In this document: piece after piece, positions 37,109-46,874 of the stretch
How positions within the stretch are numbered: the first letter of the stretch is position 1
Layout: the number at the start of each line of letters is the position of its first letter
Origin: an uncultured Thermoplasmata archaeon
Lineage (GTDB): Archaea; Thermoplasmatota; Thermoplasmata; Lutacidiplasmatales; UBA184
Direction: 5' to 3'
NCBI GenBank assembly: GCA_963749195.1
Contig: CAVVLX010000006.1
Coordinates: 862,722 to 926,721 of the forward strand
DNA: 64,000 bases
Program-made: the position numbers and the translations under genes
Notes under the pieces: generated by a model
Seen by the model: the letters and a program-made list of their open reading frames with translations, nothing else
The model's database searches: none
Told to the model about the DNA's origin: nothing

Positions 37109-39365
37109 CGGACCCGCACCCCTCGCGTCGGACCCTGCGGCACCAGCACGGGAGCCTCGGGGCCGAACGCTAGCAGTTCCCCGTCGGCGTCCGGGAGTAG
37201 CGGGACACGAACCACCCCGCGCGTGCCAATCGGCCACCGCCCCGCTACCGACACGGAACGTTCGCCGATGTCGACGAGCGACCGCTGGGGATCCATCGTC
37301 TGCACGACCTCGCCGACGACCAGGGGGTTGAGATCGAACTGCTCGTAGCTGATGGTGGGGGGACCCTCGGGGACTCCGACAACGGACTGCCCATTAGCCA
37401 CCGTCGGGGGGGGCGCGAGAAGAACGACCCGACCACCGGAATCCGCAGCGAGAAGCATCCCTTGCGAGGTGATGCGTCGGATCGTCCGGGGCGCGAGGTT
37501 CGCGAGAATGACGATTCGCTGTCCGATCAGATCTTCCGGAGTGAAGAACGGGCGGACGCCGGCGACGACGGTCCGGGGTCGAGATTCTCCAAGATCCACG
37601 GAGAGAATGTAGAGCTTGTCGGCCGAAGGGTGCGGCTCCACCCGGACGATCTGGCCTGCCCGAACGCCGAGGGGGACGGACTCGACGCCGGCTGGGGATT
37701 CCCTCGTGCGGTCGGAGGATTTGCGTTCGGGGGTTTCCTTGCGCGGGAACAGAGGACGAATCTCCCCGAGCTCTTGGCCGGGGGGCGGGGGCACCAATAC
37801 CTGATCCCAATCGCCCGAGGACGGGGGAGCCGGAAACCCGAGCATTCTCCAGAGCTCGGCGGATGAAAAGGGAAGAACAGGGGCTAGCCAGATGGCCACG
37901 GCCTTCAGCAACCACAACCCTTCGTACAGCGTCTCTCGGCGCGCCGCCTCCGAGGATTGCCACGGTCGCGCCTCGTGGATTCGTCGGTTCGCCTCTCGAA
38001 TCTCCTCGAGCACGAGGTCCAGGGCCTCCTTCAGATGGACCGCTTCGTACTCGGCGGTAATCCGATCGTGTTGCGCACGAATGCGAAGACCGACTCCACC
38101 GGCTCGCTGGGAATCCCACTCCGCCGGCGGTACCGGTACGCGGCCATGCTCCCGGTCGCGAACCAGGGCCAGAATCCTTTGGGCGAGGTTGCCGTACTGA
38201 TTCGAAAGTACCTCTTCACTGAGCTGCTCGAGCTCCTTTCGATCAAAGTTCGTGTCGTGGTTCTGCGGAGCTAGGTGCGTCGCATAAAATCGGATCACAT
38301 CCGGAGCGAATCGTCCCAAGAGAGACGGAATGAAGGCCTCCTCGTCCTCCGTCCGAGACTTGGAGATCTTCTCTCCGCCGATGTTCATCCATTCGTTGGC
38401 GGGCACATCATAGGGGAGCTGGAAACCCCCCGCTCCGAGCAGCAGTCCGGGGAGAATGATTGTATGGTGGAAGATGTTGTCCTTTCCCACGAAATAGTAC
38501 TGCCGGACCCGCTCGCCCGGATCCCAATACCGCTTCCATGCAGCCTCGCGACCGGCGCGGATCGCCCACTCCCGAGACGCCGACAGGTATCCAATCAGCG
38601 CCTCGAACCAGACGTAGAATCGCTTGGAGTCGTAGCCTTCGAGGGGGATCGGAACCCCCCAACTCAGATCTCGGGTGATCGGGGTGGGGCGTAGTCCCGT
38701 TTCCAGAAAATTGCGGGCCGTTCCGCGAACATTGGCGCGCCAATGTTCCTGACGGGCCACATATTCGGAAAGTTGCGAAGCCAGTTTGTCGAGCTCGAGA
38801 TAAAAATGTTCGGAAGGTCGGAAAATCGCCGGCGTGCCGTCGAGACTACATTTGGGGTCGCCCAGTTCCCGCGGGGTCACGACGCGGCCGCAATTGGGGC
38901 ATTCGTCCCCACGCGCATTTGGGAACGCGCAGTGCGGGCAGGTCCCCGTGAGATACCGATCCGGCAGGAAGCGTTGATGCGTCGGGCAAAACGCATTCTC
39001 CTCCGTCTTTCGACGAATAAATCCGTGCTCCAAGAGCGCGAGGAAGACTTCTTTGACGGTCCGTTCGTGTACGACGGTATGCGTGTCCGTATAGAGGTCA
39101 AAGGAGACCCCCAACTGCTGGAAGGCCGCTCGATTGATCTCATGATACCGGTTCGCGGTGACGTCGGGAGTCGTCCCCTCTTTTCGGCCCGGATGAGCGT
39201 GGGAGTGCCGTGCATGTCGGAGCCGGACACCATGAGTACCTCGTCGCCGCGCAGTCGATGGAATCGAGCGAATACATCGCCGGGCAGGTAGGCGCCCGCG
39301 AGGTGACCGATGTGGAAGGGGCCGTTGGCATACGGCCACGCGACTCCGACAAAGATGCGGGACAT
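37105..39365 (-). CDS. metG: Methionyl-tRNA synthetase with C-terminal Trbp111/EMAP-type tRNA-binding domain; frame broken by one nucleotide near 39176-39186
   Basis: ORF 38877-39365 gives [62 protein letters not shown], then goes out of frame. ORF 37105-39546 continues in another frame with [28 protein letters not shown]...CPHC...CPNCG...KISKSR. C-terminal OB domain [22 protein letters not shown]...[19 protein letters not shown]. Confidence 0.92.
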
Positions 39366-39444
39366 CTATCGCCCTTCGAATTCTTTGACCGGATTGAGTG
39401 GCTATAGGCTTTCGCCGAGGTGTTTCATACGCTCTCGGTGCGCC

Positions 39445-39452
39445 TTTTATCC
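39445..39452 (+). promoter_or_regulatory. TATA-box-like element upstream of thyX
   Basis: TTTTATCC starts 30 nt upstream of GTG 39475, compatible with a leaderless thyX mRNA. An alternative start, ATG 39496, would give a short leader. Confidence 0.4.
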
Positions 39453-39474
39453 TTGAAGTCCCCCTCCCCCCGGC

Positions 39475-41777
39475 GTGCCGTCCGAGGACGCTCCTATGAC
39501 CCGCTCTTCGGTCCGAGCCGCGGATCAGGAGATTGGGGTCAAGCATTCGGTTCTAGGCCACGGGTACGTCGTGTTGGTCGACTACATGGGTGAGGATGCT
39601 TCTATCGTTCAGGCGGCTCGAGTCTCGTATGGTGCCGGCACGAAAACTGTTCGGGATGACCGAAGCCTGATCCGTTATCTCCTCCGCCACCGCCATACGA
39701 CCCCTTTCGAGATGGTGGAATTCAAGTTTCTCGTCCGGCTACCAATCTTTGTCGCTCGACAGTGGGTTCGCCACCGTACGGCGTGCCTCGCCGAGGGCAC
39801 TCAGGTTTACTTCGACCTTCCAAGCGGAGTTCGGAGAAAGGGAAACCAGTTGTATCCTCTCAGAGTGGAGGAAATCTGGCGAAAGTTCCAACCCACGCGG
39901 AATCGAGATGTCAACAAACAACGCAACCCACACTTTCGCCGAGACAGGGTGCGAGCCATGTTGCTTCGACAGCTGGACGAGGAGACGCGTGCAGTTCGTC
40001 ACACGCACATCATTGGTGTGACCCAAAACGGTCCGAAGCCGGTGTTCAGGGTCACGCTGGACGATGGTAAACAGATCGATTGCACTTCTGATCACCGCTT
40101 CCTCTTCGAGGAAGGCTGGCACACGCTGGCGGACCGAACCGGCTTACGCGAAGAGAAGGGCCGGGCAGTTTGGGATAAGGGAGTCTATCGGCTGACCGTG
40201 AATGGCGAGCAAATCGTCCGGCCGGCTCTCTATCAAGACCGAGAGTGGCTCGAGCGAGAATATCTCCTAGACCGGCGGCCAATCCGCGATCTTGCGGAGG
40301 CGTGCGGTGTGGGGCCCGGGACCGTTAGGTCGTGGATTCGACGGTTCGATCTTCCCTTATCACCAATCGCAAAAGCGTTTGAACCTGGTAATCACTACGC
40401 ATCACTCCGGCCTAGCAGTCGGGGTATTCCTCGTCCTCGGGCCGTGCCGGGAACGGGTCAGGAAGCCTACACTTCTAAATCGTGGCTCACCGCGAAATGG
40501 GTTAGCGAGGGTCTTTCCGCGAGCCAGATTGCACGAGAATGCGGCGCCAGCATGAACACGGTGCGGAAGTGGCTTCTGGTACACGGCCTTACGAATCATC
40601 CGGCCCATCCTCTTCACCCCGCCCTGGGGCAAGGTCGTGTTCCGTGGAATCGCGGAAAGACCTACAGGTTCGGACCTCATCCACTTGATCCCACTCACCT
40701 GGCCATTTTGCGGGCGGCCCGCGCCGGACCTGCTTCGAACTTCTGGAAGGGTGGGGTGTCCACTGACCGGGAAGGCATTGGTCGATGGACTACACAGATC
40801 GCATCCACAATCCACGAACGGAATCATTGGACCTGCCAACTCTGCTATCATCGCAAGTCCAATCTGCACGCTCACCACATAATCCCGGTCTGGGCAGATC
40901 TTTCGAGGGCTCGGGATCCGCTAAATCTCACCACGCTCTGCGACGCCTGTCACCGGGAGGTACACAAGAACGAGCGGGACTATGTCGAGCGGCTCGGGGG
41001 TTCCCCTGTCGAGGGAACTTGGATCAAGAAAGTTCGAGTTGGATGGAACCGACTGTGCGTGGCCCGTCTCTCCAGAATCGTGAGGATCGAATTTCTGGGT
41101 AAGAGGATGACCTACGACCTGGAAGTGGAGGGACCGTTCCACAATTTCGTCGCTAATGGAATCGTCACCCACAACTCGGTGAACGAGTATTCGGCGCGGT
41201 ATTCTATCGTGCCTGACGAGTACGAAGTCCCCCGGCCCAAGAAATACGTCATCAGTCGACTCGAAACCGGCAGGGAAGAGGCGATCCGCTTCCGTCGGAG
41301 TTAGTCGAACGATTCCGATCGGACCTCGACCGGATTTCAAAGGAGGCGTATGCGGCCTACACGGAAGCCTTGGAGGCCGGCGTCGCTCGTGAGACGGCTC
41401 GCCTCCTATTGCCGGTTTCGTTCTACACGCAATGGTATTGGAAGATCGACCTCTGGAATCTCTTCCATTTCCTATCTCTTCGTCTGGATCCTCATGCTCA
41501 AGAAGAAATCCGCCTCTATGCGGCGGAACTTGCGGCCCTGGTCCGACTCGTTTGCCCTGTCGCCTATGAGGCGTTCGAGGAGTTTGCTTTGCAAGGCTTG
41601 AACTTGAGTCGCCGGGAACAACGAGCGGTCCGAGCTTTACTCGAAGGCGCCACACCCGAGTCGGCCTGTGCTACCGCCGGTCTCCCGCTGCAGCGGGAAG
41701 ATGGGCGACCGATGACGACCGGGGAAGGCGTGGAGTTCTTGGAGAAGCTCGAGCGACTACGCCACTCGGAACTCTGA
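39475..41777 (+). CDS. thyX: Flavin-dependent thymidylate synthase ThyX, interrupted by an intein (39784-41175) and carrying a one-nucleotide frame break near 41229-41240
   Basis: N-extein VLGHGYVVLVDYMGEDASIVQAARVSYG...HTTPFEMVEFKFLVRLPIFVARQWVRHRTA. After the intein, SVNEYSARYS completes the ThyX motif RHRxxSxNExSxRY. The third frame is open from 41223 and reads QEIRHQSTRNRQG...EAYAAYTEALEAGVARETARLLLPVSFYTQWYWKIDLWNLFHFLSLRLDPHAQEEIR (ORF 41370-41777 is its tail). Confidence 0.9.
39784..41175 (+). mobile_element. Intein (464 aa) with HNH homing-endonuclease domain and two HTH modules, inserted in the ThyX signature motif
   Basis: Starts CLAEGTQVYF (block A). CTSDHRF (block B, T-x-x-H). 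Ends MTYDLEVEGPFHNFVANGIVTHN followed by +1 Ser. Internal HNH motif CQLCYHRKSNLHAHHIIPVW...LTTLCDACHREVH. Repeated HTH-like modules (IRDLAEACGVGPGTVRSWIRR; ASQIARECGASMNTVRKWLL). Visibly lower GC than the flanking exteins. Confidence 0.9.
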
Positions 41778-41820
41778 TCAGGCCCCGGGAAATTATCAAT
41801 CCCTGCGGTCTTCGCCGCGT

Positions 41821-43311
41821 ATGACCTCCGCCAGTACTCCTGGAATCTTCATCGATAACAGGGCGGTCGCTTCGCGCGGACGAGACTTTTTCGAGGTCCA
41901 CGATCCCTCCGACGGATCCCTTGTCGGCCGTGTTGTGAAAGGCACGTCGGATGACGCCAAAGCGGCGATCGAATCCTCGGCCAGTGCGCAACCGAAATGG
42001 GAGGCGATCGGCGCCGACGCGCGCGGTCGGATCCTGATGAAGGCCGGCGACCGTCTGAAGGCTCGGGCCGAAGAGCTCGCCCGTTTGATCACGCGGGAAA
42101 TGGGAAAGGTCCTCTTTGAGAGTCGGTCCGAAGCCCAAGGGGCGATCGACAACTTTGATTATTACGCGAACTTCGCCCGCACCCTCACGGGAGACGAAGT
42201 CTCGGGACTCCCGACGGGAGAAACGATGCGCCTCATCTGGGTCCCCCGCGGGGTAGTGGTCGGGATCACTCCATGGAACTTTCCCGCCGCGACGGTGACC
42301 CGGAAGATCGCCCCGGCGCTGCTCGGAGGCAACACGATGGTTCTCAAACCGTCGAGTGCGACCCCCTTCAGCTCGCTCCTGATCGCCGAAGCGCTCAAGG
42401 AGGCTGGACTTCCCCCGGGGGTCCTCAACGTGGTCTGCGGCCCCGGTGCCGAGCTTGGCCGTGCACTAATCCAGCACCCCCAGTGCTCGACCGTGACGCT
42501 CACGGGTTCCACGGCGAGTGGCATCGAAGTGCTCAAACTCGCCGCACCCGGGGTTGTGAAGTGCTTGCTCGAGCTGGGCGGCAAAGCGCCCGTCATCGTC
42601 TGGCACGACGCGGACCTTGCTTGGGCCGCTCGAGCGACAACGTGGGCTCGGTTCTGGAACGCGGGTCAAGCATGTATCGCGGCCGAGCGATGCTACGTCC
42701 AGCAAAAGATCGCCCCCGAGTTCTCTCGAGAGCTCGCGAAGCTGGCCGGGAAGCTTCGGGTGGGCCCAGGGCTCTCTAAAGGAGTCGATATGGGGCCGCT
42801 CTACGCGACGTCGGCACGCGATCAGGTCGCCCACGACGTGACCGAGGCGCTGGACGACGGCGCCACGGTCATTACCGGCGGGGACCGCCCGAAGGATCCC
42901 AAACTAGCAAAGGGCGCGTTCTATCTTCCGACCATCCTTTCCGACGTTGACGAGCAGAATCCGATTGCCCGCGAGGAGGTTTTTGGCCCCGTACTTCCCC
43001 TCCTGACCTTCGATGATTTTGATGAAGCGATCCAGAGAGCCAACCGGTCAAGGTACGGTCTCTCGAGTTATGTCTTCACGCGAAATCTCTCGCTCGCCGA
43101 GAAAGCGATCCGCGAGATCCGCTTCGGAGAGACCTACGTGAATCGGGTGGGACCTGAGACTCCTCAGGGCTACCACACTGGCTTTCGCCAGAGCGGGCTC
43201 GGAGGCGAGGGCTCTCGCTGGGGCGTTCAGGACTACCTCCAGATGAAGACCGTCTACATCGATTGGAAAGAACCCCACGAAGCGAATTACTTTCTACCGT
43301 ACCGGGATTGA
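41821..43311 (+). CDS. NAD(P)+-dependent aldehyde dehydrogenase
   Basis: ITPWNFPAATVTRKIAPALLGGNTMVLKPSSATP, LELGGKAP (Glu), catalytic-Cys context NAGQACIAAER, EEVFGPVLPL. 496 aa. Confidence 0.9.
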   Translation: MTSASTPGIFIDNRAVASRGRDFFEVHDPSDGSLVGRVVKGTSDDAKAAIESSASAQPKWEAIGADARGRILMKAGDRLKARAEELARLITREMGKVLFESRSEAQGAIDNFDYYANFARTLTGDEVSGLPTGETMRLIWVPRGVVVGITPWNFPAATVTRKIAPALLGGNTMVLKPSSATPFSSLLIAEALKEAGLPPGVLNVVCGPGAELGRALIQHPQCSTVTLTGSTASGIEVLKLAAPGVVKCLLELGGKAPVIVWHDADLAWAARATTWARFWNAGQACIAAERCYVQQKIAPEFSRELAKLAGKLRVGPGLSKGVDMGPLYATSARDQVAHDVTEALDDGATVITGGDRPKDPKLAKGAFYLPTILSDVDEQNPIAREEVFGPVLPLLTFDDFDEAIQRANRSRYGLSSYVFTRNLSLAEKAIREIRFGETYVNRVGPETPQGYHTGFRQSGLGGEGSRWGVQDYLQMKTVYIDWKEPHEANYFLPYRD

Positions 43312-44639
43312 GGCGCGACTCCGGCGAGGGCGACGTGCAGGTCCATGACGTTCGTGCCGGTAGGCCCGGTGCGGACCAATTGACCTAATCGACGGAACGC
43401 GTCGTACGCCGCGTGGCGTTCGAGGACCACCCCCAAGTCTAAATGTCGCCGATGGGCCCGTTCCAGCGTCCTTCCATCGACCCAGGCGCCCGCTGCATCG
43501 GTCGAGCCGTCAATCCCATCGGTGCCGAGCGACATCAACACAACCCGAGGAATCCCGGCTAAGCTCCGGGCGCCGCTCAAGGCAAACTCCTGGTTCCTTC
43601 CCCCGCGTCCCGGATGTGGGGGGAGGGTCACCGTAGTCTCGCCTCCCGATAAGAAACAAAATGGCCGACGTACCGGTCCGCGACCGTTAGCCAGTTGGCC
43701 GAGGATGCCCGCATGAAGTCGGCCGATGTCGCGCGTTTCCCCTACGACGTCGCTCGAGAGAATCCAGGACGCGTATCCCCGCCGACGAGCCTCGACGGCC
43801 GCCGCGGCCAACGCGGTTCGATTCGTCGCGGCCAGAACGAAAGGAGAACGCACGAGTCGAGGATTACTCGGCTTTGGGGTCTCCATCGATGCGTGGTGAA
43901 GTCCGGCGCGCAAAACTCGGAGCACCGAGGAAGGCAAGCGTCGTTCGAGACGGAATTGCTGCACCGTGGTCCAGGCATCGCGAAAAGTAGTCGGGTCGGG
44001 AACCGTGGGACCGGAGCCGATGTCCCAAGGCGTGTCGCCGACGACATCCGAGATCGCGACGGTTGCCCACTGACGGGCACGCGTCGCCTGGGCCAATCGG
44101 CCGCCCTTCAGGCGGGATAGGTGGCGTCGCAGCACATTGAGTCCCTGGATCGGGGCTCCCGAGGTGAGCAAAACTTGCGTCGTGTGTCGGAGATCGGTCA
44201 ACGAGATTGGGGCGACCGGCACTTCGGCGATCGCCGAAGCTCCTCCGGAGAGAAGGAACAGGACGAAATCCCGGGGCTCGGTTCGAGCCACGTAATCGAG
44301 CAGTGCTTTTCCGGCGCGGAGGCTCCCTCGACCGGGAACCGGATGTTCGCCCGAGTACTTCGAGACGGCAGCGCGAGGCAACGGATTGCCCTTTCGAGTA
44401 ACGGCGATCCCTTGGGTCGATTTCGCCCCGAAGATCGCCGAAGCCGCATCCGTCATTGCGGCCGCGGCCTTTCCGATCGCGACCAAATGGACGGCGGCGC
44501 CTGACTCCAACGTCACATGGATGTTTCTGATCGTGACCGAACGTCCCTTCCGCCGAACCGTGATTCGAACGGCGCGCGCCGGGTCGACCGCCGCGATTCC
44601 GGCGCGTGCAATCGCAACGGCGTCAGAAACGAGGGGCAT
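43287..44639 (-). CDS. Glycerate 2-kinase / hydroxypyruvate reductase family protein (DUF4147 + MOFRL domains)
   Basis: LVAIGKAAAAM, FLLSGGASA, FLSGGETTVTL...GRGGRNQEFAL, LGTDGIDGSTDAAGAWVDG. Its 3' end overlaps the convergent ALDH gene by 25 nt. Confidence 0.85.
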   Translation of the reverse strand: MPLVSDAVAIARAGIAAVDPARAVRITVRRKGRSVTIRNIHVTLESGAAVHLVAIGKAAAAMTDAASAIFGAKSTQGIAVTRKGNPLPRAAVSKYSGEHPVPGRGSLRAGKALLDYVARTEPRDFVLFLLSGGASAIAEVPVAPISLTDLRHTTQVLLTSGAPIQGLNVLRRHLSRLKGGRLAQATRARQWATVAISDVVGDTPWDIGSGPTVPDPTTFRDAWTTVQQFRLERRLPSSVLRVLRAGLHHASMETPKPSNPRLVRSPFVLAATNRTALAAAAVEARRRGYASWILSSDVVGETRDIGRLHAGILGQLANGRGPVRRPFCFLSGGETTVTLPPHPGRGGRNQEFALSGARSLAGIPRVVLMSLGTDGIDGSTDAAGAWVDGRTLERAHRRHLDLGVVLERHAAYDAFRRLGQLVRTGPTGTNVMDLHVALAGVAPQSRYGRK

Positions 44640-45825
44640 CTCCGCCTTCGAGCGTGAATCCCGGGCGAGGAGGGAAGTCCGGTAATCGGACCGGGAATCG
44701 TCCGGGCCAGACGGGCCGTAGAGCTTCCCGGGCGGAGTTGGAATCGGGTCCTTCCGCGATCAAGTCCGCTAGTCGACGCGACGCGCCGCCGGCCCGCATG
44801 ACCCCGAATCCGTTGAATCCCGCGATGACGAAGAGATCCGGGGCGCCCGGAACGGGCCCGATGAGCGGGTGACGGTCGTAGGTCGACGAGCAGACTCCCG
44901 CCCAGGAGGAGATCAGCTCGCTATCGGCCCAACCGGGAAACCGAGCCGTCAAGCTCTCCGCGAGATGAGTGACGAATCCCTCGTCTCCGCCGGACTGAAA
45001 CCTCTCCGGATTGGCCTCGGTCTTTTCGGTCCCGTCTCCGCCGAGAATCCGATCGGGGCCCTCGGGACGAACATACACGTCGAGGTCGATGTCGTGACCG
45101 GAAGGGAACGGATCGGCTGGCAGGGCTGGGGGTCGGAGGAGCGCTGCCTGGGTCCGATACGGGGTCAGCGGGATCGGATGACGGAGGTCGATGAGCAAAC
45201 GTTTGCTCCACGCGCCCGCCGCGATCACCAGCCGGTCGGCACGAAACTCGCGATCCGCCGTACGGAGCCCGTACCCACCCTCCGGATGAGCTCGAACTGA
45301 TTCCATGGGCTGCCCGAAATCGAAGGTAGCGCCGGCCTGGCGCGCGCCTTCGGCATAGATCGTCGCGATCGCGCTCGGAGTTACACACGCGTCATGTCGG
45401 CTGCGGATCGCCGCCCGAACGTCCTCGAACCTCCCTTGAGGGAGCCACCGGGCGAGCTCGGCGGGATTCGCCTCTTCCACGTCGACCCCCCAGGCCTTGA
45501 GACGCTCGAGCGCCTCCCAAACCACCGGCTCGGCGACCGGATCGTTGGTCCAGCGAACAAAGCCATTCTGAAGATACGCCGTGGGGTCCCAGCGATTGGC
45601 CAGATCGGCGTATTCGCGATGTGATTCCCGCGTTACCAGCACATCCCAGTGGTCCCACAGTTGCTCGGTCACAATACCAGCGGCTCGGCCGGTCGCACCG
45701 GCGGCCGGCGTGCGAGGATCATAGACCAGCACCGGTCCTGCGTTCCGACGCATGAGATGATAGGCAAGCGCCGTCCCGCAGATTCCGGCTCCCAGGACCA
45801 GAACGGCGAATCGCGTCGCACCCAC
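44623..45825 (-). CDS. FAD-dependent oxidoreductase (DAO / glycine-sarcosine oxidase family)
   Basis: ORF 44623-45939. FAVLVLGAGICGTALAYHL dinucleotide-binding motif near the N-terminus. GTG 45825 removes an Arg-rich 38-aa extension that overlaps the recombinase gene. Confidence 0.8.
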   Translation of the reverse strand: MGATRFAVLVLGAGICGTALAYHLMRRNAGPVLVYDPRTPAAGATGRAAGIVTEQLWDHWDVLVTRESHREYADLANRWDPTAYLQNGFVRWTNDPVAEPVVWEALERLKAWGVDVEEANPAELARWLPQGRFEDVRAAIRSRHDACVTPSAIATIYAEGARQAGATFDFGQPMESVRAHPEGGYGLRTADREFRADRLVIAAGAWSKRLLIDLRHPIPLTPYRTQAALLRPPALPADPFPSGHDIDLDVYVRPEGPDRILGGDGTEKTEANPERFQSGGDEGFVTHLAESLTARFPGWADSELISSWAGVCSSTYDRHPLIGPVPGAPDLFVIAGFNGFGVMRAGGASRRLADLIAEGPDSNSAREALRPVWPGRFPVRLPDFPPRPGFTLEGGDAPRF

Positions 45826-45850
45826 GGCCCGGCGGGAACGGGAACGCAGA

Positions 45851-46774
45851 TTAATACTGCGGCTTCGCGCGCGTGTACGCGTTGCGGAGCGCCTGCGTGT
45901 CGACGTGCGTGTAGATTTGGGTCGTCGCGACCGAGGCATGCCCGAGCAATTTCTGAATGTAGCGAATATCGCAGCCTCGACTCAGCAAGGCCGTGGCCAG
46001 GGTGTGGCGCAGCATGTGCGGGGTCACGCGCCGGGGAATCGCGGCGTCCTGCGCCGCCCGTCGGATCAACCGCTCCACCGTCACTGGCCCGACCGGGAAG
46101 AGTCGCGGAGTCGATTCCCCGGCCAACGTGCGTTCGGTGAGGTATCGGTCGATCGCCGCCCGGGTCCGGTCTTCGAGAACGACTTCCCGGTCCTTGTCGC
46201 CCTTTCCCGAGCGGACGTGAAGGACGTTGCGTTCAAATTCGAGGTCTTCGAGCTGCAGATGACACAATTCGCCCACCCGCAGCCCGCAGAAGGCGAGCAC
46301 GTGAACGATCGCGGAATCGCGGGGAGATGCCCGGACCGCCTCGAACAGGCGATGCATTTCCTCCTCCGTCAGGTAGTGCGGGAGGCGTTCGGGCCGCCGG
46401 GGCGGTTCTAACCGATCAGCGGTCGTAAGTCCGACGGATCGGAAGAAGCACGCTAGGCCCCGAACGGTCGTGTAGACCGAGTTCTTCGAGTAATGGCGCT
46501 GGAGGACGAGATACTCTCGGAAGGATTCCAGGTCGGCGAGCGTCACATCTTCGGGAGACTTTTGGGCGTAGGAGAGAAACGTCCGCGCGATGTGTCCGTA
46601 CTGTTTCACCGTACACGGGCTTCGCTCCAAGGCCTGAAGCGAGCGTTGGAAACGGTCGACCAAGGCCGGCACGGAGAACGTAGGCCCCGACGGCTCTGCA
46701 TCGGATCCATTGGGGAGAGCCTCCGCACGCCTCCGAGGGGTGCTGCGAGGATGGGGGACGGGATCTGCCGCCAT
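45851..46774 (-). CDS. xerA: Tyrosine recombinase, XerA/XerC/XerD family
   Basis: C-terminal catalytic region GLRVGELCHL..., HMLRHTLATALLSRGCDIRYIQKLLGHASVATTQIYTHV (R..H-x-x-R..Y). N-terminal SAM-like domain. 307 aa. Confidence 0.9.
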   Translation of the reverse strand: MAADPVPHPRSTPRRRAEALPNGSDAEPSGPTFSVPALVDRFQRSLQALERSPCTVKQYGHIARTFLSYAQKSPEDVTLADLESFREYLVLQRHYSKNSVYTTVRGLACFFRSVGLTTADRLEPPRRPERLPHYLTEEEMHRLFEAVRASPRDSAIVHVLAFCGLRVGELCHLQLEDLEFERNVLHVRSGKGDKDREVVLEDRTRAAIDRYLTERTLAGESTPRLFPVGPVTVERLIRRAAQDAAIPRRVTPHMLRHTLATALLSRGCDIRYIQKLLGHASVATTQIYTHVDTQALRNAYTRAKPQY

Positions 46775-46874
46775 GCATCCGTCTCTTCCTCGGGCTGAGC
46801 TAGTTAATCGTTGTCCCCGAGTGGAAGCTTCTACGACGCTCGTCGCTCAAATACGCGGGAACCGTGAGTCCGAC

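Noticed and set aside
45851-46774. Tyrosine recombinase as the marker of an integrated mobile element or provirus
   Set aside because: It has a XerA/XerCD-type sequence and is flanked by ordinary metabolic and tRNA-modification genes. No phage or plasmid genes, no flanking direct repeats and no adjacent tRNA were seen. It is most likely the chromosomal dimer-resolution recombinase. A dif-like site could not be identified by eye.
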